A DNA stretch of 64,000 nt, from positions 16,678,001 to 16,742,000 of the forward strand of contig OZ024754.1 of the NCBI GenBank assembly GCA_964016885.1, read 5' to 3'. Made by a program: the position numbers and the translations under genes. This DNA is from Eledone cirrhosa. Taxonomy: Eukaryota. The notes under the pieces are model-generated. The model saw nothing but the letters and a program-made list of their open reading frames with translations. It was not told the origin of the DNA and searched no databases. Below, piece after piece: positions 1-12,538 of this stretch (position 1 is its first letter; the number at the start of each line of letters is the position of its first letter).

Positions 1-130
1 GCTTACTTCTATTTTATGTTGATCATCGGTGACTCTGCACCAATTTTTACCATTACATCTAATGATTATTGCCTCGTAATTGATATAACAATTATATTCT
101 GGTGTCTGTCTGATTAAAGGGAATGCATCA

Positions 131-1029
131 TCTATATATATAAAACTGAGGTTGTCTGTCTGTCTACTAAAACGGTCAGCACACATCTCCTCCTAAACCG
201 TACTTTCAAATTTCGGTGAAATTGCTACATTTATAGATGAAAAAATTTTCAAATCGACCCACGCCAAGTGCAAAAATCGAATTTGTAATGTATTGATTTT
301 TGAGTTCAAATGTATAAATAGAGATGAGAGACGAGTTATTTCCCTTTTATGGCGTCATTTGTTTATCTATTTACGTTACGAACAAACTACGCGTGCAAAA
401 GTACAAAAAATACACGAACAGTTTTCGGGCCAGCAAAATTTTAGCCTGCAAAATTCATGAGTTCGAAATTTCAACATTAAGCTTCCATTTTGCTTCATTT
501 CCATTAAAAAGTCTTTTAAAACAATATTTTTACTTGAAAACAAGCCTATTTGATTACACTGTAAAACAAGCCAATATTTTGTAAAAAAAAAAAGCATTGA
601 TCTATATATATAATCTCGAATAAAGCCTTATGAGATTTTCATTTAGAAGCAATGATTTTAAACGACAGACAGATAACGCATTTTTTTTTTTTTTGTTTTT
701 CATGTCCATCCAATTTCTTTGTTTCAAAATAACTGATAGTTTGGTTACGCTGATGTTTTTCTCTGAGACAAGTGTTGCAGTGTTTACATTTTCGATTTTT
801 GTTAATCGATTACCAGTGCAGTTTTTATCCCCAGCATCCTCTTTTGTTTTAACATTCGGGTTATGGTTATGTTTTCTTAACTTCATAAGGCATACTGTTG
901 GTTGAGGGAATATTAATCAAAAGTACCACACTGTAGACTCAACAGTTTTTAAGCCAAGAAAGGAACTTAACATTGCAACTTTAACACAGCTACCGAGCAG
1001 CCCCGAGCAATGCCGGGCTTTACTGCTAG
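131..1029 (+). mobile_element. Non-autonomous Helitron (possibly two fused 5' ends, second TC start at 601)
   Basis: Starts A|TCTATATATATAAAACTG and ends with a GC hairpin CCCG-A-GCA-A-TGC-CGGG (~1002-1017) followed by CTAG|T. It sits between A130 and T1030 with no TSD, which matches canonical Helitron termini. Confidence 0.8.
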
Positions 1030-1645
1030 TATTCTATAAGAGTAATTTTTTTTTTTGATATTTTTTCCCTCTACTTTTCTGTAATTAAGAAAGTAACTAT
1101 TCTACAGACATGTCTAACAGAGACGGGCATAATATAGAATGACTGATGTTTCTAATGATATTGGTGCTTGGAATAACACATTCACATGTGATAATAGATT
1201 AGCTTAATTACTTTAATATAATTAGTGGGCATATTTAATTTAATACTTCAAATAATATAAAATATCAAATTGAATAATTGTTTCTACTTTTGGCACAAGG
1301 CCAGCAATAACCCAGTGCATTACTGGTATATCTAATTGAATAATGCAGAATAAAACCTTTGTATCTTTCTGTAGCAATGCAGCAGTAAATTTTCTGCTGT
1401 ATTTCAATGATAGCTAGGGTCTAATTCATAATGGTCAATTGATATAATCAAAAGTCCAATCAGTTGGAAGGAGATTTGATTTGCAACTGGAAATGTTCCT
1501 ACTGTTAAACCTGATTCATTTAGAAATCTTTGTAATCTTTTGTAATCACCAAACTTGGTTTCTTGATTCTCCTAATTTTTAATGATAAAGTTGCTGTTTA
1601 TAATTCATAAAGTATGTAAGAACTATAATTTTACTTTCTCTAGAA

Positions 1646-1955
1646 CAGTGCTTCTCAAACTATCTGATGTGCCAAACCGGCATTTTTTTTTCAATGTGCC
1701 ACGTACCGCTAATATTTCGTAGTAATATTAATTTATACTGGAAACGATATATATAATGAATATAATAATAGTTGACCATTTTTTTATCTTCTATTTATTT
1801 TGTAAACAAATAATACAATATCAAAACATATAAAAAAGTAATAAAAAAAATTCCTCAAATGATTCCTTAGCATGGACTGGACACTGGCCGCGTACCGGTA
1901 GCTGATGGCTCGCGTTCCGGCACCGGTCCGTGGACCACCACTTTCAGTAGCACTG
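1646..1955. mobile_element. hAT (Buster/Charlie-like) MITE
   Basis: Imperfect TIRs CAGTGCTTCTCAAA / TTTCAGTAGCACTG. Perfect 8-bp TSD CTCTAGAA at 1638-1645 and 1956-1963, with the central TA typical of Buster elements. Confidence 0.9.
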
Positions 1956-2124
1956 CTCTAGAACATTCTCTCACACAGCAGCCTCAAATTATACTTAATA
2001 TAGCTGCAGATGAGGAGGCTTCATTTAGCCAATACTGTGTCATAATAACCATGTTTTTAGCTATGATGAGATAATGACCTTTTACAAATATATTCTCTGC
2101 ACATGAATACTGCATATATATATG

Positions 2125-3375
2125 CAGATATATTCTATGTTATATCCCCCCCTCTCCAATATATACATATATTCTATGCTATATCTACCCCCCCTCCAAT
2201 GTTTACATATATTCTATGTTATATCTACCCCCCTCTCCAACGTATACATATATTCTATGTTATATCTAACCCCCCTCTCCAATATATACATATATTCTAT
2301 GTTATATCTACCCCCCCTCTCCAATATATACATATATTCTATGTTATATCTACCCTCCCTCCAATGTATACATATATTCTATGTTATATCCCCCCCTCTC
2401 CAATATATACATATATTCTATGCTATATCTACCCCCCCTCCAATGTTTACATATATTCTATGTTATATCTACCCCCCTCTCCAACGTATACATATATTCT
2501 ATGTTATATCTAACCCCCCTCTCCAATATATACATATATTCTATGTTATATCTACCCCCCCTCTCCAATATATACATATATTCTATGTTATATCTACCCT
2601 CCCTCCAATGTATACATATATTCTATGTTATATCCCCCCCTCTCCAATATATACATATATTCTATGCTATATCTACCCCCCCTCCAATGTTTACATATAT
2701 TCTATGTTATATCTACCCCCCTCTCCAACGTATACATATATTCTATGTTATATCTAACCCCCCTCTCCAATATATACATATATTCTATGTTATATCTACC
2801 CCCCCTCTCCAATATATACATATATTCTATGTTATATCTACCCTCCCTCCAATGTATACATATATTCTATGTTATATCCCCCCCTCTCCAATATATACAT
2901 ATATTCTATGCTATATCTACCCCCCCTCCAATGTTTACATATATTCTATGTTGTATCTACGCCCCCCTCCAATGTTTACATATATTCTATGTTGTATCTA
3001 CGCCCCCCTCCAATGTATACATATATTCTATGTTTCTATGTTATATCTACCCCCCCTCCAATGTATACATATATTCTATGTTATATCTAACCCCCTCTCC
3101 AATATATACATATATTCTATGTTATATCTACCCCCCCTCCAATGTTTACATATATTCTATGTTGTATCTACCCCCCTCCAATGTATACATATATTCTATG
3201 TTATATCTACCCCCCTCTCCAATATATACATATATTCTATGTTATATCTACCCCCCCCCCTCCAATGTATACATATATTCTATGTTATATCTACCCCCTC
3301 TCCAATGTATACATATATTCTGTTATATCTACCCCCTCTCCAATGTATACATATATTATATGTTATATCCCCCCT
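2125..3375. repeat. ~40-bp minisatellite with 244-bp higher-order repeat
   Basis: Unit ~TATATCTACCCCCCTCCAATGTATACATATATTCTATGT. Six variants (39, 40, 41, 42, 42, 40 bp) repeat as a 244-bp block from 2141, 2385 and 2629, then decay to monomers. Confidence 0.95.
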
Positions 3376-3735
3376 CTATATACACACATATACACACACA
3401 TACATACACATATATACACACACATATATACATACACATATATACACACACATATATACATACATATATACACACCCATATATACACACATATATACACA
3501 CACATATATATACACACATATATACACACGCATATATACATACATACATACACATATATACATACACATATATACACACACATATATGCACACACATATA
3601 TACACACACATACACATATACATACACACATACATATACACACATATATATACACACACATATACACACATATATACACACACATATATACACACACATA
3701 TATACACACACACACATATATACACACACTTACAC
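3376..3735. repeat. (CA/TA)n cryptic microsatellite
   Basis: Alternating TATACACACA-type sequence. Confidence 0.95.
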
Positions 3736-3781
3736 AATGGCTATCTGGCTACCATATTCCACTCTTAATGTATTGTTTAAA

Positions 3782-4010
3782 TTAACCCTTTAACATTTAA
3801 ACTGGCTGTATTTGGCCAGAATTCTCTCATCTCTTTCTGTTCAAACCGGCTGTAACCAGCCACTCATACTAATGTTAAGGTATTGTTCTCAAAATAAATA
3901 ACATCAAAATCTCATAGATTCGATATTATGCGAGATAATTATGTGAGGTAAAGCTTTTACTGCAAAAATATAATAGCATATATAGAGTAATGTAATGGCT
4001 AAAGGGTTAA
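3782..4010. mobile_element. TTAA-flanked MITE (piggyBac-like ends); further copies ~22600-22786, 23922-24140, 47731-47949, 48833-49201, 52893-53106, 61887-62447
   Basis: TTAA|CCCTTT...AAAGGG|TTAA termini. The internal sequence (AAGGTATTGTTCTCAAAATAAAT, GTAAAGGCTTTA) is shared across the copies. Confidence 0.75.
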
Positions 4011-4777
4011 GGCTAAAGTGAAAAATACTTGCTCATGTAGGGGAAGGTACTGGAAGTTGGGCTCACATCTATTCTCTCATTGTAAAATATAAAAGCTGAT
4101 TGAATATAACATTTTGCTACCAGCACATAACTCTACATTATACCAGAAATATTTATACTACTCATGTTGACTTTATTACAATTCTCAGTTCTATCAACGA
4201 ACCTAACAGCATGCCTTCAAATCTTCACTATATAAGTAAATGGCAATCGGCAATCGGTATGTTCTGTGTATTCATTGCACTCATTCTTTGGCATGAATTA
4301 AATATTAGGTAGTCTTACAATATATCAAATAATAGCTTGGTTTACACATAGCTTGGAACAAACACTTCACATATATATTGTTTGTTATGATAGTTTCTTT
4401 ATTTCAGCTTTTAATAACCAATGATTTTGTTTAACTTTTAAAAAAATCCCCTCACTTAAAAAAAAAGAAATAAAATAAAATAAAATATGAACAAAAAAAA
4501 AAGAAGAAATATGAGACTCAGTGATTGAATTAAGAGTTTTTTTTGTGCTGTAATGTAATACTTTTTCTGTTAATATTTATATTTATTATTCTTTTTTTAT
4601 AACAAAAAAAAAAAGAATTAATTGTTGTAACTTGTTTTTTTTAATTTATATTTTGTTAGACATTGCTGTGTGATTGCTTTTGTAACATTTTTCTTTAGAC
4701 ATTCCCAACAACACGTTTACTTTGAAATAATTGAATTGTTGTCACATCTCTGTTCATATATGTGTCTATGTGGGATT

Positions 4778-4810
<33 letters not shown>

Positions 4811-5459
4811 CACATCTTTACATATACACACATATATATCACACCAACATGTGTGTATGTGTTTGTATTATGTTTTGGTGTAGAAATAATGCTAACATGT
4901 AATCATGTTGTTCAGTAAGTAAAGATTAGTGTGTTCCACCGATTGTATATAAAAAGCAAGGCTCTATACCTGTCTGCATGATTACATGTAGGTTTCTATG
5001 TTGAGAAGATGTTGGAATATCTTAGAATGGCTCCTCTATAGAAAGAAATCTACAACAAAAAAAAGCTGATATCCTGAAGAAAGTGATTTACTGTATCTGG
5101 TATTGTTTGGTGTTGAATAGTACTGGGTACTGTACCTATTGATTTACCAACCATTGCTGAATTGAAAATGGTGCTGGCCTATCAGAACACCTCTATGTGT
5201 GTGTACATGTGTACATAAGGAGCTTGTGATAAACTTAAACCTTTTGATATTAAACTACTTGAAACCACCATGAGTTCGATGACACACAGACACAAACATA
5301 AAATAAAAAACCTATATTTTAAAGTGCGAAATATTTATCTAAAAACCTTCATCATAAGAACCCTTATATTTCAAACACCAACATAATAATAGGAAAGTCA
5401 GGTATATTACTCAATCCCTTCAAATTATTGATTATTTTCAAAATCAACTTGAAAACCAT

Positions 5460-5779
5460 AAGTGCTCTCGCCATCAAATCTACCAAGTACATGTCAGAGA
5501 TCACCCACTGATGAGTTAAGTAATGCTATGTCATCTGCAAATTCCAGCTGACTGATCTTACACCCACCAGTCATGATACCTAATCCCACCTGGTTACACA
5601 TGTCAATCCTGTTCATGAAGATTATGAACAGGAGAGGTGGCAGTACGCACTCTTGCCAGAGTCCAGCACCCGCATTGAATGGTTTTGATTTAGCACCATC
5701 TATCTGAACACAACTACTAGGGCTCTCATAAAGAGATACCAGGGCAACAAGAAGCTGTCCATTGATCTCATACTCCTTT
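5460..5779 (-). pseudogene. Old non-LTR reverse transcriptase fragment (RTE-like)
   Basis: Minus-strand translation gives GLWQECVLPPLLFIIFMNRID...CKISQLEFADDIALL (RT QG-motif region and the FADD catalytic motif). Confidence 0.75.
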
Positions 5780-6294
5780 TGATAATTTTGATAAATATAA
5801 CCATTTTAAAATAAGTTTTGTATTGTAGTACCATGGGCGTTTTCAGACAGGTTGATATCAAATGGATTTATTTCGGAAATAACTTACGGCAAGGCAGTTG
5901 TAGGAAATATAATTATTTCACTACACCAGACTTGTAATGGAGTTATTGTGATAACTTCTTAAGTCCTCTGTAATTGACACTAATGAAAATACTATGCAAA
6001 GTTAATTAAATTTAAATTTCAAATTTATTTCACCTTGCATTCATTATTCTCTAGAAAGCCGTCTATTTACACATGAATACTTGTCTTTTTTTCTTGAACT
6101 TAACCGATAACATTTTTCTATGATGTTGTTGTTTTAGCCCTAAGTTGAGCAGTCTTATTACCAAAGGTATTCCAACCACGACTCTCTCCTCTTTTTTTCA
6201 GCCATAGTGTACTCCAGGCTACCTTATCGAATGTGTAATTTTTTTTCAAGACAGTACGGTGTGGTTCATAGGAGAACTTGCTGCCATTACTGTT

Positions 6295-6460
6295 TAGGCG
6301 GTGGATTGGCAGTATTGGTAGAGGGTCAGATGCCATGCTTTGCAGCATAGAATTACAGCCCTTTACAGTCTGAGTTCAAATCATGCCGAGGTTAACTTTG
6401 CCTTTCATCCTTACAGGGTTGATAAAATAAAGTACCAGTAATGTACTGTGTAATTGCTGG
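6295..6460 (+). mobile_element. SINE family B (core GTTAACTTTGCCTTTCATCCTTACGGGGTCGATAAAAT); other copies or fragments ~1275-1330, 8073-8195, 9232-9422, 17878-17962, 22945-23085, 24615-24740, 36575-36680, 45043-45097, 47185-47370, 48884-48960, 50400-50530, 53670-53815
   Basis: Degenerate tRNA-like head with a B box (GAGTTCAAAT), a recurrent central core and the tail GCTGGCCTTGTGCCTAAAGTAGAAACAATT. The core resembles the Meta/Sauria-type SINE core (from memory, not searched). Confidence 0.75.
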
Positions 6461-6534
6461 CACAATTATTGTCTTGCTGGTTGACTGAACACTAAGTGGC
6501 TCCAAGATTGGCTCAAAATCTTCCAATATTTTCT

Positions 6535-6870
6535 AATTTGGTAGAGTCCATTTCTACCTGTGCGACTTGGTTTATAATTTTGGGGAGTTCATTTCTATCT
6601 ATGTCATCCGGTCTGTAATTTGGAGGGGGGGGGGGGGGGGGAGTCCATTTCAATCTATTCAACTTGATCTGTAATTTGGGGGAGTCCATTTCTATTTATG
6701 TCATCTGGTCAGTAATTTGGTGTAATTCATTTCTACCTGTGCTTCCTGGTCTAATTTGGGGCAATTCATTTCTACCTGTGCTATCTGGTCTAATTTGGGG
6801 CAATTCATTTCTACCTGTGCTATCTGGTCTAATTTGGGGCAATTCATTTCTATTTATGTCATCTGGTCTG
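6535..6870. repeat. 39-bp minisatellite (~8 copies)
   Basis: TAATTTGGGGCAATTCATTTCTACCTGTGCTATCTGGTC at 6752, 6791 and 6830, with diverged upstream units; one unit has an expanded G-run. Confidence 0.9.
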
Positions 6871-9444
6871 CAACTGAATAGTTTTAACAAAAGTTCAAAG
6901 TTCACAAATATCATTAGTGTTCAAGGCTGCTATTGTTTAGTAGTTGATTTAGTGTTAATATATTTAAAACGAATAGAGTAGTAACTCCAGGTATTATGGA
7001 AAATTTACATACCTGCTATAATGTTTGTAATTCAGCAGCTAGGTAAACGTAATTTGTATGTTAATAATTAACGTCTGAATGTCAGTAATTAATACATCAT
7101 CATCATTAACATTTTACATCTACTTCACTGGCATGGGTTAGACAGGTTGTCACAATTTGAGATCTAAGGAGTCAGAATGACCTAAGAGTTAGGGTTGTTT
7201 GTGTTTCATATTTTGTATGGTTGGATGCCCTTCCTAATGCCAACCACCTTAAAGAGTATACTGGCTGCTTGTTTTTGTGGCACTGGAACTACCACTTTAC
7301 AGAATGTTCTGTATATATTCTATCTTGGGACCAACACTAGGGAGGTTGTCACATGTACATCCAGACTAAAGAGTCCCCTCAAGTCTTACACTGCTTCCAT
7401 TTGATTGCCAACACTGTAGCCTCTGGGATTTCACCATGTTTACTTTTGGTGTTACATTGCTTGTACTGGTGGAAAATATATATTACATGAATATCATTTG
7501 TCCATTATACTGTACAAATTGTAAATATTCCTTGGAACATATCAGTTATACCCTCTCTTTGACTGGTGAATGTTGTTGCTTCACTGGTCCCATTTTGACT
7601 GACCTCCTCAACAAAGAATAGCCTGGACAGTAGTTGTCAGAATAATCTCTAAGCATACATATTGGCATAAACAAAACAGAATCATTTAGAAATTAAATTA
7701 CTCAAAAATGCCATCTGTATGAAACAATAAATAATTTATTGCTTAATTTTGGTGACTTAGTGGAATTTATATTACCATTTGGCTGGATAATACCCAATTG
7801 ATGTTGTCGCTTTGTGAGCTGCTTTAGGTGTACTCTAAGCTATATCATACACACTAAATTGTAACTTTATGCAATTTACCTTGCCAAATGATCTGCATAT
7901 AATTCACTGCAATCAAAGTATGGAAGACATTTTATGCTTCAATGAAGAAGCTAAGTCTAATTTAATTGTTGGAATTCATTACATGACAATTTGCCAGAGC
8001 AGATCATTATTAGTTTCTTAAAATTCTACTATTTTTATTATTCTCTAGGGACTGGATTGGAAGGTCCATTAGAGGCAGTGGATTGGCAGGCCCATGTCGT
8101 ATTTAGTTATAACTTTCTACATTCCAAGTTCAAATCCTGCTAAGGTCGACTCTGTATTTCATCCTTCTGCAGTCAATAAAATAAAGTACCAGACAATTAT
8201 TGGTGTTGATATAACCCCCTCTCCTCACCAAACAAATTCCTTTGTTCTCACTATACCTTTCTCAAAGAATTCAATATTACAAACTCAATGCTAAATTATC
8301 TCTTAAACACTTCAATGTATCCCTAACCCTTTAGATATCAACCCAGCCAAAATTGCCTCTGTTTCTAGAAAACAAAGAGTACCTGTGTAAATTTAAATCT
8401 TCCAAAATAATTTATGAAAATCTTTTAATAAGTTATGTTGTAATTACCATTAAGAGGAAGATAGGAAAAAGAAAAATAAGGAGGTGAATCAACTCTTTCT
8501 CACATTAACGCAAAATCAGTATTTCAAGGAAAGTCCATTACATCTACCCTATTAACTGATGGAAGGTTTTTTTTTATAGATATCAACATTTCTCCTCACC
8601 CTAAGTGGATAAATCTTTTGATTTTTATTATTAAAAAAATATATAAAATAAATATTAAAAAATAAACAGCTTAGTATTGTAGAACTAAGGTCAGTTTCAG
8701 GTGGCTTCATATTGAAAGGTATGAATATTATCCAAAAGTTCTGAATTTGAAGTACAAGTCAATATAGATAGAAATTATAGTAATAAAAAGTAAGGCAAAA
8801 ATGATTTTGTTAATAAAAACTTCATTATAAATATAATACACAATTTCCATATTTATTAAAATTATGGTTAAAACAGTTCAGTATGGAAACAGTCTTTATG
8901 TGATGGCATAACACATCAATATGCCAAAGTATAAATTCTTAACAAGTGATTATATTGTTTCTTTATTACTTCAACTCTTGCAATAGAATGTCTATTAAAA
9001 AAATGACTACCCCCCCCCCCCCCCCTCTCATTTCTATTCCAGCAATTATAGCATGGGTGGGATTGTTCTAGTAATTTAGATATTTCTATATAAATTATTG
9101 ATGAAAAAAAAAGTGTTTTTTTTGGGGCCATTTGTTTCCTTTCATTAAGTCGGTCATTTTGATGTGAAGTAGAAATCACTATTTTTAGCAAAAGAGACAA
9201 AAGCAAACTAAATAATGTCGCACCTGATAAATAATTGTTTCTACTTTTTGGCACAAGGCCAGCAATTATCCTAGTGCATTACTGGTACTTTATTTTATTG
9301 ACCCCGTAAGGATGAAAGGCAAAGTTAACCTCGGCAGGATTTAAACTCAGAATGGCAAGGGCCGTAACTCTATGCGTCAAAGCATGGCATCCGACCCTCT
9401 ACTGATACTGCCAATCCACTGCACCTGATTAATAATGATAATAA

Positions 9445-10077
9445 ATAGGTATAAACACCTAGCCCAGACTCACTATAATGGCTGGAGGCACGATATAATA
9501 GGAAAGGTGATTCACTGGCATTTATGCAAACTAAATAATATACCATATTCTGAGAAGTGGTATGAACATAAACCAGAGTTGGTGATAGAAAACGATCAAA
9601 TGAAGGTGCTACGGGATTTCAGGATACTGACAGACAAGAAATTAGAACACAATAGGCCTGACCTGGTGGTTTTTGACAAGGAAAAAAGATCCTACCTGAT
9701 TGTAGATGTAGCCTGCCCCTTTGGCACAAAGTGCAAGAAAAGGAGAAGGAAAAAATTAACCGATACCAGTATTTAAAGTAGGAATTAAAAAGGATTTGGG
9801 ACTGTCATACGATCAAGGTTGTCATGATTTTTATAGGAGCACTAGGTACTATCTCGAAGAGTTTTCAAGGATGGTTAAAGAAAATTAATCCAGCCCTCTT
9901 TTTTGGAACACTTTAAAAGGCATACTTGCTGGGAACAGCAAGAACCCTCTAATACGTCCTGAATATCTGAGGCTGCAGGTAGCGACTTGAGGTTCATTTG
10001 AACAAACTTTCCAGTTAAATAACATCACTGACTGAGACTCCAAGAAAATAATAATAATAATAATAATAGATAATAAA
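9445..10077 (+). mobile_element. 5'-truncated R4/Dong-like non-LTR retrotransposon (restriction-like endonuclease), disrupted
   Basis: RHDIIGKVIHWHLC...KWYEHKP...HNRPDLVVFDK...IVDVACPF (RHD and PD..D RLE motifs), then a frameshift and stops, and a (TAA)n tail at ~10048-10077. Confidence 0.85.
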
Positions 10078-11852
10078 TCAACATTGTTTTTATATATATA
10101 ATATGTTTTTTTTTAAATGTCTGTAAAAGACAGAATAAGAACATAATAAATCTAAAGCAAAGGTTAAAGTTGTTATTTATAACCAATCATATTTATTTGT
10201 GTTTTTATATCTTGAATCCATGGCCGTCTTTATTTACATATACTGGAAAAAATTTTTTCAGATATCTGACAAAAATGTTATTGTTGCTTCCCAATCCGAG
10301 GTATTTATTATTGTCTTTTTTATCTGGTTGAGTTTTTTTAATTTGTTTTGTTGTGTTTTGTTAATTACTAGTTTTTTGTTATGTTTTATTAATTACTATA
10401 TAATTTTTATTGCTTTATTTTGTTTTAATATATCCCATAGGTATTTTTTAATGTAAAATATTTTATGAAAACAGGCATGGTTGAGTGATTAAGAACTTCT
10501 CATTGAAATCGTAGATTCCCTCTGCTTTTGATTCTGCTGCATGGCATCTTGGACAATTGTTCTCTAACATAGCCTTAGATCAGCCCAAGTTATGTGAGTG
10601 AAACTACATCAATGAAAATGGTGGAAATCTATGAGAGGGATTGTATGTGTAATTCTAGCCTTGTCACATATCATGTCATGCAGATTTGACCTGGCCTGGA
10701 AATTACTCTAAGGGCACATATATCTGTGAAATACTCAACCACTTAGGCTTTAATTTAATGAATAGGTAGTTCTGATCATCTATCAACTGAATGCGTATTG
10801 TTTTCAAGCCAATAGAATATCCTCATTTTAATTGTAAATGATGTTTAATCCGTTTCTTACCACATTTCTAATGAAAGACACTGCTTGTGACCTTAAAATA
10901 TTTTTTAAATAGTCAGGAACTGGTGGTGATGGGTGTGGTTTAGTAAAATAATGAACTTTGTCATTATTTAGCTGGTGTTTGGAGCATAACTTAACTAACG
11001 TTTGAAAACTTAACTAAAGAAATTATTTTGGAAGGTTTTACATAAATATGAACAGCTTTGTGTCATAGAACCGGGCAGTTTTAAGCAGTTTGGTAAAAAA
11101 GAAAAAAGTATCCCCCCTCCTCCCCCCAAAAAACACACGTGGAGCTAAAAGACAATTTGGTAAAGTATAAAATTGCACTTGATCTGTCCACAAGTAAAGT
11201 TGCTATAAACATTTGAATTAACGAACCTGTTTTAGATTTTTTTTTTTTTTGCTAAATCATTGCAGGATGTTAAGATTTAGTCCTACATCCATAGATACAG
11301 ATAAATATATGTACATGTTCTGATGAAGTAAACCTATGAATAATTCATCTTTTGGGGGATATTTAAAGCTACATTATCTAATCTCTTTTTCCTGAGATGA
11401 TAGGGTGTATTTTAAAAGAAGTTTGGTTATTATATGTAGCTCACATTGGCTCACATTGATGGGCTTCTACACAGTCTCCATTTACCAAACACCACTCACA
11501 AAGCTATTAGAGAAGACACATTGTTAAAGATATCATATTGTGCCATTAAATGTCAAACCACAGGTTTGTTGATCAAAATGTTTAACGATATTGCCATGCT
11601 TGCACACTGACTGCTTTTACCTTTTAATATTGATTTTTTAAAATAAATAACAGTTTATTTTTCAATTGAAAATGGTCAATTTTAATCAAATCAATATATT
11701 GTTTTATGCCTGTTATTTTTGAAAATATGCACATGGGACCCCTTTATCCCAACAGATATCCTAAAATAAATTGGGGATAACTTTATCGCAGTAGTATCCC
11801 TATTGCTCAATATGTTTAGCAATAAAATTAAGGTAGGCAGTTATATTGATAG

Positions 11853-11912
<60 letters not shown>

Positions 11913-11919
<7 letters not shown>

Positions 11920-12481
11920 TTAGTGCTCTGAAATAGCGATATATATATGAATGTATATATAGTGTATTTTGCAATACACTATATGCTTAATTCAAAGCAT
12001 TTTGAAGACCTTACGCTATTGTTTTAAAGTAGTGACTATGTCACTTACTTCTATTTTCAGCAAACAAGGGTAGATAAGCTGACAGAGCTCTGTTTCGTAC
12101 TGTTGGTTTTCAAAAAGCTTTAATTAAGCATATAGTGTATTGCAAAATAGACTATATATACATTCATATGTATATCGCTATTTCAGAGTACCAATTCTAA
12201 TTTTCAATTTTTGCTGGACCGGCAACTGCTCTGTATAATCAGTTCCTGATTATTACTGGAATTCTATAAGAATCCAACATTCATAATTTTCAGCAGACAG
12301 GAGTGCTAGGCTTTGATAAGTACCAACAGTACGAAACAGCTCTGTCAGCTTATCTCCCCTTGTTTGCTGAAAATAGAAGTAAGTGACATAGTCACTACTT
12401 TAAAATAGTAGCGTAAGGTCTTCAAAATGCTTCTAATTAAGCATACAGTGTATTGCAAAATACACTGTATATACATTCATA

Positions 12482-12485
<4 letters not shown>
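11913..12485 (+). mobile_element. Fold-back Penelope pLTR-like module inside (TA)n; related fragments at ~43218-43240 and 43341-43447
   Basis: 11913-11990 is inverted to ~12121-12200 and 11947-12108 is inverted to ~12322-12484. Contains a hammerhead at 12308-12351. Confidence 0.75.
12308..12351 (+). ncRNA. Type I hammerhead ribozyme, U3-A8 core
   Basis: AGGCT-TTGATAA-GTAC(CAACA)GTAC-GAAA-CAG(CT)CTG-TC|AGCTT. All three stems pair. The inverted partial copy (12078-12108) has a palindromic stem III CAGAGCTCTG. Confidence 0.8.

Positions 12486-12537
<52 letters not shown>

Positions 12538-12538
<1 letters not shown>

Noticed and set aside
2103-3793. Long overlapping ORFs (up to 470 aa)
   Set aside because: Read-through of a minisatellite and CA/TA microsatellite; open in several frames at once.
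6535-6870. ORFs with LPVLSGLIWGNSF or RNELPQIRPDSTG repeats
   Set aside because: The 39-bp unit is a multiple of 3, so frames stay open by construction; upstream units are frameshifted.
11320-11350. CTGATGA as a hammerhead core (also 21337-21343 minus and 49424)
   Set aside because: No correctly placed GAAA, stem III, NUH or stem I partner.
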